A stretch of DNA of 64,000 bases, taken from contig MU008185.1 in NCBI GenBank assembly GCA_010909165.1, forward strand, positions 1 through 64,000. Direction: 5' to 3'. The first letter of the stretch is position 1; the number at the start of each line of letters is the position of its first letter. The notes under the pieces are model-generated. The model worked only from the letters and a program-made list of their open reading frames with translations, was not told the origin of the DNA and searched no databases. Origin of the DNA: Anthoceros angustus. Taxonomy: Eukaryota > Plantae > Anthocerotophyta. The translations under genes and the position numbers were made by a program. Positions 37,301 through 50,720 of this stretch are shown one piece after another.

Positions 37301-40300
37301 AGGAGCAACTGCGGGCGCCCGCAAGGAGCGAGCCCTCCGCCAAGCACTCCGACCACCGCAAACTCCCTCTCTACCGCCTGCGTTAGCTTGCGGCCACGAA
37401 ATTCCTTCACAAGGAGCAAAGGACTCGGAGTTTGGGAGCGCAAGACGATAATTTTACTTCACAAGCTCCCTCCTTTGTAGGGAGGTCCTCTGACCTCCCA
37501 CAGCGCGCCCTCCGCCGCCTCACTCCTTATTTTAGTGTATCCTCAGTGACTTTAAGTTCGACATCCAAGCATCTTGGGTGTTCTAGCAAATTCTACCTAT
37601 GTGAGCCTTAATGGCTCACTGTCAACATTCCTATCTAGCTAGTCAACACCCTCTTGGGTTGACAAGCATTAATCTGTCCTCCCTAAAGAAAAGTCTCCCC
37701 AAGCAATGAGCCCACGCTCCAAGCTACCACCACCTCTTCAATTACCTCTAGATGCTGCAGGTGATCCTACGGATGTAGGGCCACCCTCTACACCTCGGAC
37801 GTAGGGTCACTTCTTATGGCCCTACTCCACGCTCTCCAAGAAGGTCTCCCGTGGCGGATCTTGCTCCATGCCTTCCTCTTCCTCCTCCGAGTCATCCTCT
37901 CGGCCTTCCATACAGCCGGATGTGTTGGGCTCCTGAATGCCACCAGTGCCTAGCCTCCACTGCTTCAAGCATCTGCCTCTTCCCTAGCAACCAACTTGCC
38001 CTTCTTAGGTGCAGGCGCTTTCACCATCTTGTACCTTCAAAATAAGCGCACAAACAAGACAAGCTTGGCACGCCCACATGCTCGTTTCCACCTAGTTGTC
38101 ACCTCGGTGTCTACACACAATTGAGATTTCTTCACTCGCCACATAAAATCCACCAAGAGCAACTTGCCCTTTTCCACTTACTTCCTCTTCACTCCACGGT
38201 CCCACCTAGCTCAAACTTGATGTCCTCACATACAACTCCTTATGTAAATCCCTCACTTGCAAGGTCCTAGGCACAAAATTCAGCTCCCCCTCTTCACGTG
38301 CTTCAAATCCCTTCACACACAACTCCTTATGCACCTCCTTCTCCTTGCACACACACGGCTCAGCGTTCCCACCAAGTCCTTGCTCTAGCTTTCCTGCATG
38401 CACAAGCTCTTGTGCAATTCCTCATGACTTCCTAGGTGCCACTCCCTACACACCCATGGCCCTTTGGTAGTGGCACTCTTGATATAGTTGATTCCTTGCC
38501 ATGTGGCACTATTTCCACCGTCCTCGATTTAGTAGCCCTACTTGTTATAAACACCCTACACTACCTTACATATTTATGGATTATTATTCCTAATATACCC
38601 TATTTATCCTCAACCTTGCATATAGCTCTTTAACAACTTCCTAGGTTGAAACCCCGCCTCACTTTTGCTTCCAAGTATCCAAGTAGGGTGTCGCGCCCCA
38701 CTTCCGCTGCCCACGAGGGACCCCACTCTTCCCACCAAGACACCTCACCCCACCCATCCACCTACCACTAGTTACCGCCTGTGTCCTGCCACCCACATCC
38801 CACCCTTAGCCACCGCCACCCACATACCACCCCTATCTCGTCCCCCACTTGTTCCCTACCTTGTTCCCTACCCATGTAGGGCCACCACAGTCACCCTACC
38901 TACCTACCTACCTACCTACCTACCTACCTACCTACATCCTACCCACATACATACATGTAGGGCCACCTCACCCTACACCTCCCTCGTGGGGTGCACCTCC
39001 TCCCTACGAGGGGAGTGCCATGCTCCTCACCCCACCGCCACCCACACCTCTCCCAGAGGGGCACCACCCAACACTCTCCCAATTAGCTCCTCATCCATAA
39101 CACCTCACACCTAGGTTGAAACCCCGCCATACAAAAGCTTGCTTCCCAAGTATCCAAGTAGGGTGTCGCGCCCCACTCCGCCACGAGACCTCACTCTCCC
39201 TACAGAGACACTCTCACCCTACCTATCTACCTACCTACCTACACCTCACACACATCCTACCCAGGGCCACCTCACCCACATACTACCCGCATCTCATCCC
39301 CTACTTGTTCCCTACCTTGTTCCCTACCCATGTAGGGCCACCTCACCCTACCCACATACATACATGGGACCTGCCTACCCATGTAGGGTCACCTTGTTAC
39401 CCACATACTACCTTAACTCGTCTCGGACCCTCCGCCTACACCTCCCTCGAGGGTGCACCTCCCTCCCATGTGGGAGTGCCATGCCCTACGTCCACTGCCA
39501 CCCCTACACCTACTCCGTAGGGTGCACCACCCAACACTCTCCCAATTAGCTCTCATGCGATAAGAATATAACACCTCACACAAAAGGTGCCCATCCAGAG
39601 ATCCACCCCTAGGACGCTTAACTCGGGTTCTTACATTCCATTGTCCAACACACCCAATTGGCTTGTGCATAACACTCATCAAGAATAAAATGAACTTATC
39701 CTCGGTGAACTTCTCACGCCTCACAACATCTCGTACCAACCCTCCTTGCTATCCATTTCTCCTCGCCATCACACGGCCTCCTTCACTTTGACTTGCCCCC
39801 CACCGCAAATTCCGCCGCCATGATGCACACCTGTGATCCTTCACCATGTTGCCCCCCACCGCAACACGCCTTCCTATGGTTTGGCCACACCTCCATCTTG
39901 CAGCCCTACAAATTCAGCCGTGAGTGCTCTACCATGGCCTTTCCTAGTTCAACACACGGCCCTATCATGCCATCCTCCATCGTGACTCCATTAGAGCACT
40001 TCCATGTGCCTGACCGCCATGGCCTCCTCTTGCAACCCTTGTGGCTGCTCACCTCAACATGAGCTCCTCGCTCCCATCCTTGCACCGATTGCTGCTCCTC
40101 TCGCATGCCGAGCTCCCAACCTAGAGCCCGCAGCAGATCCCCGCATTCCACCATTACGCACTTGGCCCATCTTCCGCAGAACCCTTGCCACACATCTCTA
40201 CCTAGCAGTCCTCCTCGCAAAATCTCAGCAATATGAGCACCGCCCATGTCTCACTTCTTCCACACATGTGGCAAATTACTTTGCCTTCCTCAAACTTGGT

Positions 40301-40546
40301 GGTGGTCCCCAATAATCGGGCCTTTGCCTCTGCAAGCCTATCAACATGCTTGTGCAGCAACCTCAAGCTACTTCCTTGGCTTAATTGCCTTCACCCTCTA
40401 CTCCTCATTCTCCAACAAATTGCCTCAAGATCTTGACAATTCTCTTCCACTTCACTTCAATTCTCTCGCTTCGCTCTGCTCTAGTTTTGCTCTAGTTTGA
40501 TCCTTTTGATCCAAAAGTAGGAGTGCCCAAACTTTCATATTCCACA
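34330..40546 (-). repeat. 3' LTR (~6.2 kb, including a ~2-kb internal tandem duplication)
   Basis: Collinear with 41878-47615; ~35010-36730 is repeated at ~37080-38750; contains (CTAC)n tracts. Confidence 0.88.
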
Positions 40547-41825
40547 TACTCCCCACCTCACTTGTTTGCGTCCCGCAAACAACCTACCATTGTAGATACT
40601 CCATCGCCTTCCACCATTCATCGTAGTGACAAGTGGGTCATGTTAGATTCCTAGCTACGTACACTTTCCGTGAAAATACAAAACATCACTTCCTTGCAAA
40701 CACACAACCTCTCCATCTCATTGTCTGCATGTTGTGGAAGGACATCTTCCAAATTCCAAGACCTCGAGCTCCTAAATGTGCCATGAATGCTCCCAAGCCT
40801 CCCACCAAATTTCCACATAATCCTTCAGAACTTCAAAAGCTTGCAATTCCTCTCTTCAAGGCTTTGGTCATCACTCCTTCCTCAAGATGTCCACTTCAAT
40901 CCGCAATTCCTCCTCAAATTCTTCCAACTTCCTTCAAGTGACTCTCTCCCCACCTCGTTCCTTGTCTTCCATCTCCAATCTGCTCATATCAAGACAAAGC
41001 AAAGCCTCAAGATGCAACTTGAAGCAACCTCCTTGAGATAGCTCCTCCACTTGACTCCTCCTTGCAACATAGGCAACCCCATCTTGAGCACGGTACCAAC
41101 CCGTCTGCATACAACAAGAACACTCCTGGCGACAATAAATTGGAAGCACTCGCCCGCTTCAATGGCCTTAGACATCTCCCGGTGAATAGCTACACAACGC
41201 TCAACGTCAATTACTTCCTCCTTGATGCCAAAAGAAGCATCCAAGCCCTCCAAGCTCGAATTCAAGTTCCTCCTCTCAACCACCCAAGGCAAGCACCTTG
41301 AGCATGTCCCCTGGTGGGCCCTCTTCCTCAAAGTAAAGCCCCCTATCACCTAGCCTCCATAAACTATCCATTGGTCAAGAGCACCTCCACTTCCTCCTAG
41401 ACATCATCCTCATGAAATCTTGGGCGAAGCAACAACATATGCCCACTCTCAAGCTCTTTCTTCTAACCAACGCCCCACAATAGCCTCTCATGCTCGCATT
41501 CTTAGCTCGGCCTCCAAATCCCTCGGAAATTACTAACCGCTGGCTCAATTCTTGACCCTCACCCCACAACTCCTCAGCAACCTCCTTCCTCTTGTTGTCC
41601 GTGAGCACATCCTTCTCCGCTCTTAGAAACTACCTCTTCTTCCTCAAGTAACCCTTGAAGATGTTAGCACATGTAGCTTCCTCCGCAAGAGCTCTCTCCT
41701 CGCCTTCTTCCTCTACCGTCATGCAACTCTCACACCACTTGCAAAAATCAGCGGGCGATCTCCTCTCTATGCGCAATAAAACTTCTTCTTCTCATCCCCG
41801 ATTAGAGATTCTCAACAATGTTCAT
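39700..41825 (-). CDS. Gag-like ORF (coiled-coil, Cys/His knuckle-like motif), frameshifted; extends into the LTR
   Basis: ATG ~35 bp after the PBS; E/K/R-rich coding-like sequence continues across the PPT; ICHMCGRS..H...C knuckle-like motif at ~40230-40280 (needs one frameshift). The Gag call rests mainly on position and this motif. Confidence 0.55.
40547..40564 (-). promoter_or_regulatory. Polypurine tract
   Basis: Minus strand CAAGTGAGGTGGGGAGTA directly before the TGTGG start of the 3' LTR. Confidence 0.85.
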
Positions 41826-41858
41826 GCCTCTTCCACTACCGACTTGCCAAAGCAAAGA

Positions 41859-41873
41859 GTCCCGACAGCGCCA
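41859..41873 (-). promoter_or_regulatory. Primer binding site
   Basis: Minus strand (TTTT)TGGCGCTGTCGGGAC immediately after the ...CCACA end of the 5' LTR; TGGCGC.. class PBS, exact tRNA not assigned. Confidence 0.8.
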
Positions 41874-41877
41874 AAAA

Positions 41878-44800
41878 TGTGGGAGGAAAACCGGGCTTCG
41901 AGATTCACCCTCTAGTGGCCACACTTATCCCAATCGTCGCTAAGTACAATAGGTTTCGTCCCATGAGACTCTTGTTTGTCAGGTCACCAGCATCCAAGGC
42001 ACAAACCACACACCTCTTCACACCCGCAAGCTCCCTCACACAGCTGGAGCAACTTCAACTCACTCCACACACAGCAGCCACGCCTCACCATGCTGCTCCG
42101 TCAATCACCGCTTCCAGACCTACAATGATACCCTACGACTATAGGTCCACACCCCACGGCAGTAGGTCAGCGGGCTACGCACGTAGGGACCCCCTACGTT
42201 GCAACGCGACTTCACCACCCTGTGATCGTCCACTATTCCTTTCCCATCGCCTTCCCACAATTGGCACACCTCAACCACCAACACGCCCGCGCCACTCCCG
42301 CGCTCGGTGAATCACCACTCCTGGACCTACAACGACATCCTACAGTCGTAGGTCCCACCCTACGGCGGTAGGTCCACCGCCTACGCACATAGGGACCCCC
42401 TACAGCGCAGCGCGACTTCTCCACCCCGTGATTTTGAGACCTTAGCCCAGCTTCCAGTCTCGGTTTGGTGCAGATTTGGGACCCCTCCCTTAGGCTCTGA
42501 CTTGGGCCTTCTTCTTACTCCTAATCTCTACCTACTCCTCTACTCAACATTCAGCTCCACATTCTCCTCAACATACACTCACCTCAACTCAACTCCTCAT
42601 CCTCCTAATCTAACCTTACTTCAAGCTCACGGCCCTAGCTCGCCTTACGCAGCTGCCTGGGTCCGCCTACAAGCCAACAAGTTCTTCCTTGGGCGGTTGC
42701 TATGAGTTTGCACTGCAGAGAACCTCCGAGTCTTTCCTGTAGTCTACCCTCAAGCCGAGAGTTCCTTGGGCATCGCCACACACCCAAAGCAAAGCAATTT
42801 CACAAAGAACCATTCACAAGGAGCAACCCAGAGGCGCCGCAAGGAGCGAGCCTCCGCCAAGCACTCCGACCACCGCAAACTCCCTACCAGACCTGCTTGC
42901 TGACGAAATTCCTTCACAAGGAGCAAAGGACTCATGAGTTTGGGAGCGCAAGACGATAATTTTACTTCACAAGCTCCCTCCTTTATAGGGAGGTCCTCAC
43001 ATACAGCCTCCCGGCGCCCTCCTGCACCGCCTCACTCCTTATTTTAGTGTATCCTACCGGATTTTAAGTTCGACATCCAAGCATCTTGGGTAAAATTCTA
43101 TTCTAGCAACTTCACCTATGTGAGCCTTAATGGCTCTGTCAACATTCCTATCTAGCTAGTCAACACACCCTCAACCACCAACTCTAACGGCGGCACTCCG
43201 CCTTTGCTCGGTGATCACTCACGGACCTACAACGACATCCTGATCGTAGGTCCCACCCATGTAGGTCCACCGTCTACGCGTAGGGACCCCCTACGGTAGC
43301 GCGACTTCTCCACCCGTGATTTTGAGACCTTAGCCCAGCTTCCAGTCTCGGTTTGGTGCATTTGGGACCCCTCCCTTAGGCTCTGACTTGGGCCTTCTTC
43401 TTACTCCTAATCTCTACCTACTCCTCTACTCAACATTCAGCTCCACATTCTCCTCAACATACACTCACCTCAACTCAACTCCTCATCCTCCTAATCTAAC
43501 CTTACTTCAAGCTCACGGCCCTAGCTCGCCCTTACAGCTGGCTGCACAGGTGCCTACAAGCCAACAAGTTCTTCCTTGGGCGGTTGCTATGAGTTTGCAC
43601 AGACGTGAGAACCTCCGAGTCTTTCCTGTAGTCTACCCTCAAGCCGAGTTCCTTGGGCATCGCCACACACCCAAAGCAATTTCACACCATTCACAAGGAG
43701 CAACTGCGGGCGCCGCAAGGAGCCTCCGCCAAGCACTCCGACCATGACTCCCTCTCTACCGGCCTTCGTTAGCTTGCGGCGGCACGAACTTCCTTCACAA
43801 GGAGCAAAGGACTCGCGGTTTGGGAGCGCAAGACGATAATTTTACTTCACAAGCTCCCTCCTTTTGTAGGGAGGTCCTCACATCTGACCTCCCACAGCGC
43901 GCCCTCCAGCCTGCCTCACTCCTTATTTTAGTGTATCCTACCGTCGACTTTAAGTTCGACATCCAAGCATCTTGGGTAAAATTCTATTCTAGCAACTTCA
44001 CCTATGTGAGCCTTAATGGCTCTGTCAACATTCCTATCTAGCTAGTCAACACACCCTCGGGTTGACAAGCATTAATGCCTGTCCTCCTCTAAAGAAAAGT
44101 CTCCCCAAGCAATGAGCCCACGCTCCAAGCTACCACCAACCCTTCAATTACCTCTAGATGCCGCCGCATCACGGGTGATCCTACGGATGTAGGGCCACCC
44201 TCTACACCTCCTACGGACGTGGGTCAACTTTATGGCCCTACCGCCTCCACGCTCTCCACTGCAAGAAGGTCTCCCGTGAGCGGATCTTGCTCCATGCCTT
44301 CCTCTTCCTCCTCCGAGTCATCCTCTCGGCCTTCCATACACGCCGGATGTGCTCGAAACCATATGAATGCCACCAAGTCCTTGCTCTAGCTTTCCTGCAT
44401 GCACAAGCTCTTCCTGGCTCCCTAGCAACCAACTTGCCCTTCTTAGGTGCGGGCGCCCGCAGGCGAGCCTCTAAGCACTCCGACCATGCAAACTCCCTCT
44501 CTACCGGCCTTCGTTAGCTTGCGTAGGCACGAACTTCCTTCACAAGGAGCAAAGGACTCGCGGTTTGGGAGCGCAAGACGATAATTTTACTTCACAAGCT
44601 CCCTCCTTTTATAGGGAGGTCCTCACATCTGACCTCCCACAGCGCGCCCTCCAGCCTGCCTCACTCCTTATTTTAGTGTATCCTCGCCGGACTTTAAGTT
44701 CGACATCCAAGCATCTTGGGTAAAATTCTATTCTAGCAACTTCACCTATGTGAGCCTTAATGGCTCTGTCAACATTCCTATCTAGCTAGTCAACACACCC

Positions 44801-47615
44801 TCTGGGTTGACAAGCATTAATACTGTCCTCCTCTAAAGAAAAGTCTCCCCAAGCAATGAGCTCCAAGCTACCACCACCCTCTTCAATTACCTCTAGATCG
44901 TCGCCTGGTGATCCCTACGGATGTAGGGCCACCCTCTACACCTCCTACGGACGTGGGGTCAACTTCTTATGGCCCTACCGCCTCCACGCTCTCCACTGCA
45001 AGAAGGTCTCCCGTGGCGGATCTTGCTCCATGCCTTCCTCTTCCTCCTCCGAGTCATCCTCTCGGCCTTCCATATATGTGTTCATCCTTAAGTGCCTAGC
45101 CTCTCCAATTCAAGCATCCTCTTCCCAGCAACCAACTTGCCCTTCTTAGGTGCGCTTTCACCATCTTGTACCTTCAAAATAAGCGCACAAACAAGACAAG
45201 CTTGGGCGCCCACATGCTCGTTTCCACCTAGTTGTCACCTCGGTGTCTACACACAATTGCGAGATTTCTTCACTCGCCACATAAAATCCACCAAGAGAGC
45301 AACTTCTTTTCCACTTACTTCCTCTTCACTCCACGGTCCCACCTAGCTCAAACTTGATGTCCTCACACAACTCCTTATGCTTCAAATCCCTCACTTGCAA
45401 GGTCCTAGGCACAAAATTCAGCGCCTTGCCCTCTTCACAGTTGTGCTTCAAATCCCTTCACACACAACTCCTTATGCACGCACACCTCCTTCTCCTTGCA
45501 CACACACGCGCTTCCCACCAAGTCCTTGCTCTAGCTTTCCTGCATGCACAAGCTCTCGCATTCCAGGCTTCCTAGGTGCCACTCCCTACACACCGCTTGC
45601 ATGGCCCCCATAGTGACTCCACATAGGCTGATTCCTTGCCATGTGCTTCCCGTCCTCGATTTAGTAGCCCTACTTGTTATAAACACCCTACACTACCCCC
45701 CACATATTTATGGATTATTATTCCTAATATATCCTATTTATCCTCAACCCCATAGCTTTTTAAGCAACTCCTAGGTGAAACCGCCTTCCAAAAGCTTTCC
45801 TCATCCAAGTAGGGTGTCGCGCCCACCTCCGCCTCACCTATCTACCTACCTACCTAGTTACCGCCTAGGAGCCCTGCTACCCTACATCCTACCCATGTAG
45901 GGCCACCCCGGGTCACCCCACATACCACTATCTCCGTCCCCTACTTGTTCCCACCAAGTCCTTGCTCTAGCTTTCCTGCATGCACAAGCTCTTCCTGCAA
46001 TTCCTCTCTTCCTAGGTGCCACTCCCTACACACCGCTTGGTGGTGCCAAAAACTCTTGATATGCTATTGATTCCTTGCCATGTGTCCACCGTCCTCGATT
46101 TAGTAGCCCTACTTGTTATAAACACCCTACACTACACCACATATTTATGGATTATTATTCCTAATATATCCTATTTATCCTCAACCTTGCATATACTCTA
46201 ACAACTTCCTAGGTTGACACCCTATCCCACCCCTATCCTAGGGGACTCCACCTCACCTATCTACCTACCTAATTAACCGTAGAGTCCCCTACCCTACATC
46301 CTACCCATGTAGCCACCGTCACCCTACATACTACCCGCATCTCTCCCCTACTTGTTCCCTACTTGTTCCCTACCCCAGAGGGGTACAGTGGGGACCGCCC
46401 CTACCATATACATGTAGGGACCCCGCCTACCTATGTAGGGTCCCCTACCCTACATACTACACCTTAACCTGTCCGGGACCCTCCGCCTACACCTCCGTGA
46501 GGGTGCACCTCCCTCCCTGGAGGGAGTGCCATGCCCCACGCCCACCGCCACCCCTACACCTACTCCGCTGTAGGGTGCACCACCCAACACCTCCCACCAG
46601 CTCTCATGTGACTCAAATAACACCTCACACAAAGGCCCCATCTTCGATCCACCCCTAGGACGCTTAACTCGAGTTCTTACATTCCATTGTCCAACACACC
46701 CAATTGGCTTGTGCATAACACTCATCAAGAATAAAATGAACTTATCCCGGTGAACTTCTCACGCCTCACAACATCTCGTATCAACCCTCCTTGCTATCCA
46801 TTTCTCCTCGCGGCCACCACAACGGCCTCCCTTCACTTTGACTTGCCCCACCGCAAATTCCGCCGTCATGATGCACACCGTTGTGATCCCTTCACCATGT
46901 TGCGGCCCACCGCAACACGCCTTCCTATGGTTTGGCCACACCTCCATCTTGCAGCCCATCTACAAATTCAGCTGCCGTGAGTGCTCTACCATGGCCTTTC
47001 CTAGTTCAACACACGGCCCTATCATGCCATCCTCCCATCGTGACTCCATTAAGAGCACTTCCATGTGCCTCGACCGCCATGGCCTCCTCTTGCAACCCTT
47101 GTGGCTGCTCACCACGAACATGAGCTCCTCGCTCCCATCCTTGCACCAATTGCTCCTCTCTCGCATGCCGAGCTCCCAACCTAGAGCCCTGCAGCAGATC
47201 CTGCACAATTCCACCATTACGGGCACTTGGCCCATCTTCCGCAGCAACCCTTGCCACACATCTCTACCTAGCAGTCCTCCTTCGCAAAATCTCAGCAATA
47301 TGATCACTGCCCATGTCTCACTTCTTCCACACATGTGGCAAATTACTTTGCCTTCCCTCAAACTTGGTGGTGGTCCCCAATAATCGGGCCTTTGCCTCTG
47401 CAAGCCTATCAACAGCTGCTTGCAGCAACCTCAAGCTACTTCCTTGGCTTAATTGCCTTCACCCTCTACTCCTCATTCTCCAACAAATTGCCTCAAGATC
47501 TTGACAATTCTCTTCCACTTCACTTCAATTCTCTCGTTCGCTCTGCTCTAGTTTTGCTCTAGTTTGATCCTTTTTGATCCAAAAAGTAGGAGTGCCCAAA
47601 CTTTCATATTCCACA
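41878..47615 (-). repeat. 5' LTR (~5.7 kb, with several internal partial duplications)
   Basis: Starts TGTGGGAGG...GAGATTCACCCTCTAGTGGCCACAC like 34330; ends ACTTTCATATTCCACA like 40546. Confidence 0.88.
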
Positions 47616-48109
47616 TAAAGGTGTTGCGTGTGCGCGTCTTGTCATTTCTTAGGGAATGACTCTTTGCATGCATAGATGTTTTCTGATTCTTGTCTGTTAC
47701 GCCCTTCGTTGCTAGTTATTCTTGTTGCGTTGTTTTCTAGTTCGAGTGTTCGTGTTTTGCCGTGACGCCTTGACCTTTGGTGTCTCGCGTGACGCCTTGA
47801 CCTTTGGTGTCTCGCCAAGGAAAACGACAAGATTAACTATTTTTGACTTAGAGCTTTCGAACTTGTTTTGTTGCAGCTAGGCTTAGTTTGTAAGGTCAGC
47901 TGCATGCTGTGGTGATTGTGCTCTTGTAGCCAGACTCAAAGGCTCGATTCTAGTTCCCGAGTGTTCTTGTTTCGTGTTTTGCCGACCTTTGGTGTCCGGT
48001 TCGCTTATGAAAATCCAAAGTAACCTCTTCGACTTAGAGCTTTCGAGGTTTTGTGGTTGCGCCTGGCTTAGTTTGTGGGCACACCGCAAGGTGTGATGAT
48101 TGTACTCTC

Positions 48110-48405
48110 CCGCTTTTGTTCATTGTCTTCTTACCATCTTGCTTTTTTTGATGCAGTCAAGTTTTCCCGTAAAAGTTGGACTCTCAGTTCGGCACCCAGC
48201 TTGGTACGTAATCGACAGAGCAGTATTGTTCATATGTCTCTCAGTTCGGCACCCAGCTTTGTACGCAATCGACAGTGTAGTCTTGTTCATTGTCTTCTTA
48301 CTATCTGCTCGCTTTTTTTGATGCAGTCAAGTTTTCCCGTCAAAGTTGGACTCTCAGTTCGGCACCCAACTTGGTACGTTATTGACAGTGTAGTCTTGTT
48401 CAGTC
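48110..48405. repeat. Local tandem duplications (CTCTCAGTTCGGCACCCA..GTACG..TGACAG x3)
   Basis: Direct repeats at ~48181, 48238, 48351; also a 27-bp doublet at 47761-47813. Confidence 0.75.
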
Positions 48406-49246
48406 TTCGTGTGAGTTGCTTTATTATTCAGTACAGTAATTCAGTACTTACTAATCTTGTTCTCCTGTTACAACTCTTTTGGTTTTCCTGTCTTACCAGG
48501 TCCTGGTTTCCCGAGTCGTTGGTTCTTTTAAAAGGTGTGGTTGATATTGATGTCTTTAATTTGGTCAAGAAAGTACCTTCTAATGTTTTGGCCACTTTGT
48601 GAATAGTTTGCTGACACGCGTGTTCTGGATGCAGAAAAGCTTGAATCAAGCTACCGGACGTCTTGCAGGATTTCGTCCTGGCGCGACTTCTTAGTGTGGT
48701 ATGCAATTCTGTGTCATACATTTTGATAGTCGATTGGGTTGTTTTTTGGCGTAAAGTTATTTTGTAGCGCATGTGCTTTTTCAGCGCTTTCGTACGATCA
48801 AAGCGCATTTCGATGCATGTCAAGCTCAGTAGTTTGATGGCTTTTTCACTATAATTTTTGTCACTTGAGTTAGTAGTCACTTGTTCACTATAATTGTTGG
48901 CATCTGACTATATCCGTAGTATCTCACTGTGTTTCTGTATGCAGGTTTCAGCCGAGGTTTCTGTCGTGAGATGCCCCGCAGGTATGCAGTGACTCGTAGT
49001 TGAGTATCGTTGTCTGTTTTGTCTGTATTCGATCGTCTGTATTTCCATGTCATGCATAAAAGTTAGTTACTTTCGTGTTCACAGGCGTGACATAATGGTT
49101 ATTCCGTGACTTGTTGTTTATCGCTGGCGCTGCTGCCGATCCGGTTTTGGTTATTATTATCGGTGTATTGTCAGACTTCAATCCGTTTCTGTCTCATTCT
49201 TATTCTAAGGTTCTTGCCTTGATGCGCATAATCCTTGTCCCGATTT

Positions 49247-50720
49247 AAAGTCGCGCCTGCCTGGGCCTCACGCGCTAGCTCGATTTTTTCGGGGCTAGAG
49301 GGTAGATTTCTAGAGAAAATTGACCATTTGGTCATTTTTACTCAATATAGTAAAATCTATTACAATAGAGTAGAAAACATGGCATGTCGGGTGAAATGCA
49401 TCCACCATAAATGTTGAAATCGTAAGGTGGTAGAAAAAATTGACTCTAAGTGAATACTGTACATCTAGATGAAAGCTCATTCTAGAAATCCCACCAAATC
49501 GCTAAATAAAACATATTCAGTAAATACCATTCATGTATCTGTGATATACAAAAACCAACAAAGAAACCTTTTCTTTGCGAGTTTCTGCATATCCGTAATG
49601 GCATGAAATACAAATTAAAATAATGTAGAGTAAAATCAGATAAGATTGATCCTCGCCTCTAAAACCCGCATAGAAAACATAAATTAAGCACACTGAAAAT
49701 ATTAAGAAATAGACATGACAATGTATATCGAGACAAGTCAAAGACATGGATGACAAAGGAACTGTACCAATAACAGTAAAGGTCAAACAAAGGTAATAAA
49801 CAAGTTGTAATAACATAATAACAAAGGCATGATGTGTAATGATGCATGCATGTATGAGAACGGAATAGCACACAACTTGACACAGATGAAAACATACCAC
49901 GGTTGCTTCATCATGTAATTTTCAGGTTTCGTGATCTTGTTCAAGCCCCCACACTCTCACTCGCCGCCAAGACATACAAGTAAGCAACCTAAAAGCACCA
50001 AACAAAGCTACGCAACAAAGAAAACACCACAAAAACAAAGAAACTATATATAATGAAGTCCTGAAATGACACACAGTCAAACAAACAGTTGGAAACAAAG
50101 AATGAAATCGCACCAGAATTACTTCCTGCAGTATTATCCAGTTACGACCGGATATTCTTCAAGCCGCTCAAACTCTTCTGCGTGACAAAACATACTGGAA
50201 ATAATTAACTGAAGGGAAGCTACAACGCTGACAAAACTTTATTGCTAATCTACAAGACAATGAATGCCGGAGATAAGCAAACTTATGAGCGAGAAGAAAA
50301 TGTAACCAACAAAGGTAAGAGTAACGACACAACCAAAAGATCGCAGCTATACAATGGACACACAACACGGAAATCAATGGTGAGGCTTGAAAGCCCTAAA
50401 CGGAAGACACAACCAAACAAAAACGATCGTACGCTTATTACTTTCCGTAGGTACATTTTAAGTCCGATCTTTTTCAAGCTTAAGCAAACCGTGATCGAAA
50501 GTCGCCCCTCGCCTGGGGCCTCACGCCAGCTCGATTTTTTTTCGGGGGCTAGAGGGTAGATTTCTAGAGAGAGAATTGACCATTTGGTCATTATTTTTAC
50601 TCAATATAGTAAAATCTATTACAATAGAGTAGAAAACATGGCATGTCGGGTGAAATGTATCCACCATAAAAGTTTAAACCAGGGCAGCGAGGTAGAAAAA
50701 AATAGACACCAAGTGAATAC
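49247..50720 (+). repeat. ~200-bp direct repeat pair (49247-49455 and 50498-50720)
   Basis: AAAGTCGC..GGGCCTCACG..CTCGATTTTTTCGGGGCTAGAGGGTAGATTTCTAGAG...CATGGCATGTCGGGTGAAATG is shared. Confidence 0.85.

Larger units (their letters stand above)
34330..47615 (-). mobile_element. Complete non-autonomous LTR retrotransposon (gag-only, TR-GAG/LARD-like) with very long LTRs
   Basis: TSD TAAAG at 34325-34329 and 47616-47620. Both LTRs begin TGTGG and end CCACA on the + strand. PBS and PPT are in the expected minus-strand positions. No protease, RT, RNase H or integrase motifs in the 1.33-kb interior. Confidence 0.92.

Noticed and set aside
39570-39610. Current LTR boundary at CACCTCACA
   Set aside because: Identity between the two repeats continues to 40546/47615, where CCACA, the TSD and the PPT coincide. 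Kept only as a possible ancestral boundary.
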